From the NCBI RefSeq assembly GCF_000142905.1, contig NW_013657663.1, positions 434,001 through 498,000 on the forward strand: DNA of 64,000 bases, in the 5' to 3' direction. The position numbers were made by a program, and so were the translations under genes. This DNA comes from Thecamonas trahens ATCC 50062. Its lineage: Eukaryota > Protista > Apusomonadida. Positions 57,036-64,000 of the stretch are shown piece by piece. Position 1 is the first letter of the stretch. Each line of letters starts with the position of its first letter. Under the pieces are notes generated by a model. That model had not been told where the DNA came from, did no database searches, and saw only the letters and a program-made list of their open reading frames with translations.

Positions 57036-57983
57036 ATGATACGGTTTGCCTTAAAGCTTGCTTTTCATGGCGGCGCGTTCTGCGGATGGCAACGACAGGC
57101 GGCTGCGCCGCTGCCCACGGTACAGGAGACGATGGAGAAGGCATGTGCGGCGCTGATGGGCAAGCACGCGCCTGCTAGTGGACGGATGCACGTGGTTGGA
57201 GCGGGCCGGACGGATGCTGGGGTGCATGCGACGGGAATGGTAGCGCACGTGGATCTCCCGGGCGAGGTGCTCTCGCCCAGCCTTGTCAACGACAACGCGA
57301 CCATGGAGCGTGCGCTGCGGGCGCATGTGCGCAAGGCGATCGGGCGGCGCGACGAAGACATGCTCTCTGTCCTCGCCATCAAGCCGATGAGCAAGCGATG
57401 GCACGCTCGGTTCTCCTCGACGGGCAAGACATACACATACTCTGTGGTCGACGACGCGGCCGGCGGCGTTGCTGCCCTGTCAGTCGAGGACATGGCCATG
57501 ACGCCGTTTGTCTGGCGGCTACCGACCAACTCGCCGCGTCGTCCGCTCGACGTGCCCGCCATGACTGCTGCTGCCGCCGCCATGGAGGGCACCCACGACT
57601 TTGGCGCCTTCCGAGCCTCGTCGTGCTCGTCGACCCGGGTTGTCCGCACCATGGACGCCGTCCGCGTCGACGCCAGCCAGAGCGCGGGCGGAGCACGGAC
57701 CGTTGTCCGCATTACCTGCGCCTCGCGTGCCTTTATGCACCACCAAGTCCGGAACATGGTCGGTGCCCTTGTCGACGTCGGCCTCGGCAAGCTCACCGTC
57801 GGAGACGTTCAGGCGCTCCTGCTCCCTCCAGCCGATCCGGCACAGCCGCACAGATCCCGAACTGAGCTCGAGTCCAAGACGGCACCCGCACGCGGCCTTG
57901 TCCTCACAGACGTCTTCTACGCTAACCACCCGAAGCTTCCGTTCACCACATCGACCGCCTATGACGCCGACTATGGCCCGTGA
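57036..57983 (+). CDS. tRNA pseudouridine synthase, TruA/PUSL1 type
   Basis: FHGGAFCGWQRQ, GAGRTDAGVHA (catalytic Asp), WHARFS..KTYTY, GTHDFGAFR, AFMHHQVRNMVG, APARGLVL. Confidence 0.93.
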   Translation: MIRFALKLAFHGGAFCGWQRQAAAPLPTVQETMEKACAALMGKHAPASGRMHVVGAGRTDAGVHATGMVAHVDLPGEVLSPSLVNDNATMERALRAHVRKAIGRRDEDMLSVLAIKPMSKRWHARFSSTGKTYTYSVVDDAAGGVAALSVEDMAMTPFVWRLPTNSPRRPLDVPAMTAAAAAMEGTHDFGAFRASSCSSTRVVRTMDAVRVDASQSAGGARTVVRITCASRAFMHHQVRNMVGALVDVGLGKLTVGDVQALLLPPADPAQPHRSRTELESKTAPARGLVLTDVFYANHPKLPFTTSTAYDADYGP

Positions 57984-58331
57984 GTGTGAGCGGGCTGCCG
58001 AACGATGCTGCCACCATGGAGGCTGCTATTGGCAGGGAGGGCGACAGTGATGGCGGTGGCGACGATGATGGCGGCAGTTCAGCAGTTCACCACGACGACC
58101 GACGACATCGCTCTCCTTCTTCCCCCCCCCCCCCCCCCCCCGGGGGGTGGCAGTGGGGGGGGGGCAAAAAGCCACAGAAAAAGAGGGGGGGGGCCCCCAA
58201 AAAAAAAAAAGCGCCCCCTATTTAAGGGGGCCGGGGGGCGTGTTTTTCCTTCTTGAGGGGGGGTATTTCCCCCTCCCCCCCCAAAAGAAAAAAAAAAAAA
58301 AAAATTCTTTTCTTAACCCCGCCCCCCCCCC

Positions 58332-58431
58332 NNNNNNNNNNNNNNNNNNNNNNNNNNNNNNNNNNNNNNNNNNNNNNNNNNNNNNNNNNNNNNNNNNNNN
58401 NNNNNNNNNNNNNNNNNNNNNNNNNNNNNNN
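58332..58431. other. Assembly gap with low-quality homopolymer flanks (about 58120-58500)
   Basis: 100 Ns flanked by long G/C/A runs. Confidence 1.
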
Positions 58432-58922
58432 AAAAGAGCACGCCCCCCACCCCCCCAAACCTACACCTCTTATCTTTCTCTCTCTGTCCCCCCCCCCCCC
58501 AACAACATCGAGCTGTGGTATATATCAAGCGTAGTAGAAAGCAGGTATGTATCAACTGGTCTTGTCAGTGGGTTTACAGCGGTGGTGGAGCTGGTCGTGG
58601 CTGTCTCCTGCTCCCCGCGTGGGTTGGTGGTGCCTTGCGGTCACCTACCTTTTTTTGCGGGCCGCTGATGGAAACGTACTGCTCCAGTCGAAACAGCAGC
58701 ATGCGCATGCGCTGACCCCCCCCCCCCCCCCCCCCCCCCCCCCCTTCTACCAATCTGCGAGTGTGGCGTGTAGTGCTGATGGAGCTAGTCATAATCACCT
58801 TTTGTCAGCCGCCACGTGTTGTGTCCGACTTTGATGCTGCTGCTTGAAAACCTGCCTGATATTGTTGCTTCTTGTCGTGGCCAATTCATGGATTCACCTC
58901 ATTCGTTGCAACAGGGCCACAG

Positions 58923-61900
58923 ATGGCCATGACTGTCAAGGGTGCGATCGTGGCGATGGTGCTGCTGCTGGTTCAAGATGCGGCTTTAGCCAGTTGCAAC
59001 GTCGATTATCGGCTGCCGGCGGCAACTACGCTGGCATCGGGCTCACAACCGCACGGCGTGGTGGCGGCTGTTCTGGACTCTGGTACCCCATTTCTCGACG
59101 TAGCGTACATCGACTTTGGAGTCGGCAGTGTGATGGTGATGACGCGGACGGGTGGCGGTGGATGGAATGTGCCGGCCTCGATTGATTCGACGAGGACGCA
59201 GCCGCGAACGTCTGCGGTGGGAGATGTCGACGGAGACGGCTCACCAGACTTGATTGTGACCTTTGCAGCCGCCGGCTCCAATGCCATTGTTCTTTACCGC
59301 AACATCGGGTGGGATGCAACGTTTCCCGTGTCTGGTCTGCTGCAGTCGTACGCGGTGCCAGTTGGTGGCGATCCAGACGGCGTGGCCATCGGCGACATCA
59401 ACGGCGACTCGCTGGTGGACGTTGTCTTTTCGCTCGCCATAGCAGACGTCATCGGCGCCTTCATGGGCACTGGCCCTGGCACACTAGCAGCGGCACCGAT
59501 CGATTTGACGTCCGCACTCCCAGCCGCACCGTCGCAGCCGTCGCAGGTCAGCATTGTCGATGTCGACGTTGACGGCATTAACGACGTCGTCTACGTCGAG
59601 GCTTTTGGCGATCGCGTCATTGTCATGGCCGGGCGGCCCGACATTGCATCCACGCTGGCGACATCGGTGGCGGTCGTCGACTCGGCTGCCGACACGCCGT
59701 TTAGCTTTGACGTCGGTGACGTCGACGCAGATTCCCTGCCCGACATTGTCGTCGCTCTCTTTGCCGAGGACAAGATCGCGCTGTACGTCAACCTCGGCGA
59801 TCTTGCCTTTTCGTCTCGCATTACACTGGCGTCGGAGATGGATGCACCCCTGACCGTGGCCATTGCAGACCTCAACAATGACGGTGCCGTCGACGTTGTC
59901 TTTTGCGCAACATTCAGTGATGTTGTCCGCTGGATCCCGGGCAACGGCGCTGGCGGCTTTACAGCCGCCCCGCAGCGCATCGACGACGCCCTCAGCGGCG
60001 CGCGCAACGTCATTGTCCATGACTTTGACAGCGACGGTGCGCTCGACGTGATGGCGGCAGCGTTCTTCGGCGGCGAGGTCAAGCTATACACCTTTGACCC
60101 ATCGCTCTCGCCGTTTCCTTATGGGCGGCGGCTTATCTCGAACACCGCCAATGGCGCGCGCGGTGTAGACGCAGCCGACTTTGACGGCGACGGCGCAACC
60201 GATGTGGTCTCGGCCTCGTCATTCGATAACTCGATTGTAGTGTACTACGGCGACGGCACAGGCTACCACCTCGGCAACGAAGTTTCTGTCTCGGGAGTAG
60301 CCGACGGCGTCGAGTCGGTCGTTGCTGCAGACTACGACGGCGATGGTTGGACGGACATTGCATCAGCCTCGTCCGGCTCTGGCGCCATTGAGTGGTGGCG
60401 CAACATTGGCAAACGAAACTGGGCACCGAGCCCGATGGCCATCGGCACATGCGACGGCGCGATGAAGATGTCTGGAGGCGACTTTAACAACGACGGCCTT
60501 CCCGATCTTGTTGCGGGCTGTGCCGATGCGCCGTCGCCGTCGATTTCGGCGTACATCAATGGCGATGACGGCTCGACATGGACGGTGCAAGTTGTGTACT
60601 CGACACCGTTAATAATCACCAACATGGACACTGCCGTAGGCGATATTGATGACGACGGCTTTGTCGACGTCCTGTTTGTGGCGTCGTCGGTTCGGCTCGT
60701 TGGCTGGGCGTCCAACGCTGGCGGTACCGGCTTCCTTCCCCCGACTACCATCGACACGCTTGCCATTGGGTTCACCATCGCTGCTGCACTCTGCGATGTC
60801 GATGACGACGGCGATCTCGATGTGATTTCTGCGGTCGCTAACGGCGGGGGCTCGGCTATATCGCTGTACACCCAGACGGCGCCGGGAACGATTTCGTCGA
60901 CGCCAACCGACCTCGGCGGCTCGTACAACCTGCCGTACTCGATTTCATGCCGCGACGCGTCTGGCGATGGCTTTCCGGACGTGGCTGTGGCGTCCTACTC
61001 CTCGGACCAGATCTCGTGGCTCCGCAACCGCGGGCTGGGCGATGGCACATTTGAAGCACAGGAGATTCTGACGTCAACCAGCATCGGGGCATACCGGGTC
61101 AAGATTGTCGACGTCAACAACGACGGCTTCAACGACTTGCTCTGCGCCGGCAACGATGACGACACCATCGAGTCCTTCATCCAGCGCCCCGTCCTCAACG
61201 CAACGCCGATGCCTGCGGCCTTGCCGCCGCATCCGGCAGCGGTTCCACTCAAGGTCACAGACATCTACACAGCACTGAACACGGCTTCGCAGTGCACGCC
61301 GCAGCGGATCGAGCTCGCAGCGGGCTCGGTTGTGGTCGGCGGGTGCTCGGCCGACGGGTACCTGACGGTGCCGGCCGGCGCGATGTGGACCATTGCGGGC
61401 CCTGCCGGCGTCGCACCGGCCCTTCGGCCGCGGATCGACTGCGGCAGCGCTGGCGGTGTGATGTTTGAGGTTGGCGCCGGCGCTCAGCTCAAAATGACAG
61501 ACGTGGTTCTCGCTGGCGCTACAGTCGGGTCCCAACCGTCGGCTGTGACAGGCCTCCGAGTCAGCGGCTTGGACGCGACGCTTCGCTTGGAGCGGGTTCT
61601 GGTGACCGGCTTTTCCTCTCAGGCTGCGTCGGAGCTGCAGGCGATGTCGGGCATTGGCGGCAGTCTGGCCGCGGTTGATGGCGGGAGACTGGATGCCCTC
61701 GACTCGGCCTTTGACTCGAATGTGGCCAAGGGTGTGGGCGGAGCAGTGGCGCTGGTGGGCAGCGCTCCATCGGCGCACTTTACCAACTGCAGCTTTGTGG
61801 CAAACACCGCGCTTGGAGGCGGCGGCGGAGCAGTCGCTGTCCTTGGCTCGAGTGCATCTGTGGTCTTTGACTCTGGCTCGACGCTAGCGAGCAACTCTGC

Positions 61901-64000
61901 GCCGTACGGATCAGGCGGCGGGCTACTGGTGACCGAGACCGCAGAGGGTGCGATGGTGGCGGTGAACCAAACGCAGATCGACGACAACGTCGCCGGCAAG
62001 CTTGGTGGAGGGGTGGCGGTGTTTGAGCCGCTCGGCTGCAGTGTCCGGCTTGGTGCCGGCGCGTTAGTGAGCAATAATGAGGCCCGCGCCGGCGGCGGAG
62101 TCTCGGCCGTCCACGCTGGGTATTACGAGCCGGAGAGGACCGATTTTGTGGCTGCCGATCTCCCGCGGGCAGCCGCAGCAAGCTTGCCGGACCATTCGGT
62201 AGTGGTGCTTGGAATTGGTGCTGTGATCTCCGGGAACAGCGCTCGGTACGGCGGGGCGTTCTTTGGGTGCGGCGCGCACATTGACGCCAGCGCGGCGGTT
62301 GCATCCGCACCACCGACGGCAAGCGTGGGTGGAGGTGTTGGCTTCTTTTGCGTCGACGCCAACAACACGCTCCCATCGCCGGCACTGTGGCTGAGTGCGC
62401 CTGCAGGCGGAGTGGCTGGTGCGAGTGCAGGCGGCTACGGCGACATGTACGCGACGCCACCAGTGGCGCTGGCGGTAGAGGAGACTACGCCTGGAGTGAC
62501 GGCATCGGGCATGGTGTTTGGCCGCGGGACGTTGAGTGCGAGCGACGGGCTTGGCCAGCAAGTGGTTGATGCCGGATTGTCGCTTGGAGTTGCGCCGCTG
62601 GACAGTCATGTGATAGTGACGGGTGCTGAGCGCGGGGTGGCGTTTGTGGCGGTGGACGGGCTCGCGCATCTTGAGCTCATCAGCGCAGCTGCCGACGGCA
62701 GCCTCCTCCCGCTTGACGCATCACTGAAGCTGAGCCTGGTGCGGAGCAGCGAAGAGACGGCGGATCCAGAGGTGTCGACAAGTGTGACAATGCGGATCAC
62801 GGCGTGCCCGCGTGGATTGGGCTCGGACACCCAGTCTGCGCTGGCAAGCAACGTGCTCGTGTGCTCGCCATGTGACGAGGGCTCGTACTCGGACGTCGAG
62901 TCTATTGAGCCGTGCCGTGCGATTCCGGCGTGCCCGGCGTTCTCGCTGCGGCCAGGTTCGGCCAACACGACGCATCTGGTGGCGTGCATGTGCAAGGCCG
63001 GGACGTGGTCGCCCGAAGCGCCGCTAGTGACCGCATGCCGCCCGTGCCCGGTCGGCGCGGTGTGCGTAGGCGGCGGTGAGAGGCCCAAGGCAATGTACGG
63101 CTGGAAGCTGATCGACACAGCAACGTTTCGGTTCGCCGAGTGCCCGATCGCCTCGGCGTGCCGCGGCGGGTTTGTCGAGCCCGAGTGCGGACCCACGTAC
63201 AACCCGGACTCGTACCTTTGCCGGCAGTGTGCGGCCAACAGCTACCGCAGCCGTGACGGAGGGTGCGTCAAGTGCCCCCAGGCAGCGATCTCGCGGCTGT
63301 ATCTGTTTGTGGGCCTGGCCGCCGGCATTGCGTTTGGATCGGTGATTGTGATTGCGGCAGCGACGCGGGCGATCAAGGCCGAGACCGAGGACGACGCGCT
63401 GCTGATGAGCGAGTCGCAGGCTGCGGCTCGAATTGCTGCGTCTGCGTCTGCGATGACCCTTGCGGCGCGGAACGTGGTGATGCACGCCATGCGGCGAAAG
63501 CCGATCCCACACGCGCTTGGGGTGGCGTTTGTGTACCTGCAGGTGCTGGGCATTCTCGCCGATGCGCCGTTCAACTGGCCCGAGTCGCCGGTGGGGCGGA
63601 TTCTGCGGACGGCCAACGTGGCGAACATCGACCTGGGCATGTTTGCCACAGACTGCACCATCAAGGACTTTGGCACGCGGTACGCGTTCTCTGTCCTCGC
63701 GCCTGCGGCGTTCTTTTGCCTTGTCGGGCTGTTTGTGGCCGGTATTAAGAGCCTCCCTCGGTGCTTCTCGTGCGTTGCCGACACACATCTGGATCGGGTG
63801 TCGGGGTGGACGCTCGGCGGGCGACTGCTGTTTTCGTTTGGCCCGCTGCTGTACATCCCGCTCTCGCGGGCCGCGCTGGTGTTTTTTGATTGCACCAAGC
63901 TGCCCAATGGCAAGTACTACCTCGACGCAAACCTCGATGAAGAATGCGGTTCGGAAGCGTGGCTGGCGCTCCTTCCGCTGGCGATTCTGGCAGTAATCGC
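58923..64000 (+). CDS. Second FG-GAP/beta-helix/Cys-rich multi-pass receptor paralog (3'-partial; absent from the ORF track)
   Basis: ATG 58923 gives signal peptide MAMTVKGAIVAMVLLLVQDAALA. Then GDVDGDGSPD, GDINGDSLVD, ADFDGDGATD repeats, N.A..GGA repeats, Cys-rich repeats and TM-region YIPLSRAALVFFDC in the same frame at the window end. The ORF track lists no stop-terminated ORF in this frame. Confidence 0.9.
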   Translation, partial: MAMTVKGAIVAMVLLLVQDAALASCNVDYRLPAATTLASGSQPHGVVAAVLDSGTPFLDVAYIDFGVGSVMVMTRTGGGGWNVPASIDSTRTQPRTSAVGDVDGDGSPDLIVTFAAAGSNAIVLYRNIGWDATFPVSGLLQSYAVPVGGDPDGVAIGDINGDSLVDVVFSLAIADVIGAFMGTGPGTLAAAPIDLTSALPAAPSQPSQVSIVDVDVDGINDVVYVEAFGDRVIVMAGRPDIASTLATSVAVVDSAADTPFSFDVGDVDADSLPDIVVALFAEDKIALYVNLGDLAFSSRITLASEMDAPLTVAIADLNNDGAVDVVFCATFSDVVRWIPGNGAGGFTAAPQRIDDALSGARNVIVHDFDSDGALDVMAAAFFGGEVKLYTFDPSLSPFPYGRRLISNTANGARGVDAADFDGDGATDVVSASSFDNSIVVYYGDGTGYHLGNEVSVSGVADGVESVVAADYDGDGWTDIASASSGSGAIEWWRNIGKRNWAPSPMAIGTCDGAMKMSGGDFNNDGLPDLVAGCADAPSPSISAYINGDDGSTWTVQVVYSTPLIITNMDTAVGDIDDDGFVDVLFVASSVRLVGWASNAGGTGFLPPTTIDTLAIGFTIAAALCDVDDDGDLDVISAVANGGGSAISLYTQTAPGTISSTPTDLGGSYNLPYSISCRDASGDGFPDVAVASYSSDQISWLRNRGLGDGTFEAQEILTSTSIGAYRVKIVDVNNDGFNDLLCAGNDDDTIESFIQRPVLNATPMPAALPPHPAAVPLKVTDIYTALNTASQCTPQRIELAAGSVVVGGCSADGYLTVPAGAMWTIAGPAGVAPALRPRIDCGSAGGVMFEVGAGAQLKMTDVVLAGATVGSQPSAVTGLRVSGLDATLRLERVLVTGFSSQAASELQAMSGIGGSLAAVDGGRLDALDSAFDSNVAKGVGGAVALVGSAPSAHFTNCSFVANTALGGGGGAVAVLGSSASVVFDSGSTLASNSAPYGSGGGLLVTETAEGAMVAVNQTQIDDNVAGKLGGGVAVFEPLGCSVRLGAGALVSNNEARAGGGVSAVHAGYYEPERTDFVAADLPRAAAASLPDHSVVVLGIGAVISGNSARYGGAFFGCGAHIDASAAVASAPPTASVGGGVGFFCVDANNTLPSPALWLSAPAGGVAGASAGGYGDMYATPPVALAVEETTPGVTASGMVFGRGTLSASDGLGQQVVDAGLSLGVAPLDSHVIVTGAERGVAFVAVDGLAHLELISAAADGSLLPLDASLKLSLVRSSEETADPEVSTSVTMRITACPRGLGSDTQSALASNVLVCSPCDEGSYSDVESIEPCRAIPACPAFSLRPGSANTTHLVACMCKAGTWSPEAPLVTACRPCPVGAVCVGGGERPKAMYGWKLIDTATFRFAECPIASACRGGFVEPECGPTYNPDSYLCRQCAANSYRSRDGGCVKCPQAAISRLYLFVGLAAGIAFGSVIVIAAATRAIKAETEDDALLMSESQAAARIAASASAMTLAARNVVMHAMRRKPIPHALGVAFVYLQVLGILADAPFNWPESPVGRILRTANVANIDLGMFATDCTIKDFGTRYAFSVLAPAAFFCLVGLFVAGIKSLPRCFSCVADTHLDRVSGWTLGGRLLFSFGPLLYIPLSRAALVFFDCTKLPNGKYYLDANLDEECGSEAWLALLPLAILAVI

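Noticed and set aside
58120-58745. Homopolymer-rich ORFs or telomere-like sequence
   Set aside because: Low-quality gap flanks with no regular telomeric unit.

Overview
This is eukaryotic, GC-rich, gene-dense and intron-poor genomic DNA with two assembly gaps (20594-21138, 58332-58431). The gene content points to a flagellated amorphean protist: class II myosin with the DFG-LDL glycine, the ciliary gene CFAP206, DYRK1, ANKIB1 and two giant FG-GAP multi-pass receptors. An apusomonad such as Thecamonas is a plausible source (inference). About 22 protein-coding genes are supported: myosin II, TFIIH p34/Tfb4, a membrane-anchored trypsin, a palm-like/pseudo-DUSP fusion, alpha-amylase, DYRK1, CFAP206, a TENT4/Trf4-type polymerase, PP2C, a Myb/U-box protein, a PAAT-like protein, an F-box/ankyrin protein, a Cys-rich orphan, two FG-GAP receptors (one missing from the ORF track because it runs off the window end), CTU1, an M20 peptidase, a GPH-family MFS transporter, ANKIB1 and a TruA-type pseudouridine synthase. 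I rebuilt five introns by hand, and all begin GTACG. The most notable signals are unusual domain fusions: (1) a Trf4/TENT4 non-canonical poly(A) polymerase fused in frame to a Mei2-type C-terminal RRM; (2) a cytochrome-b5-like domain on a DYRK1 kinase; (3) a polymerase-palm-like domain fused to a catalytically dead dual-specificity phosphatase. I found no rRNA, tRNA, CRISPR array or transposon. All family calls come from motif recognition, not database searches.
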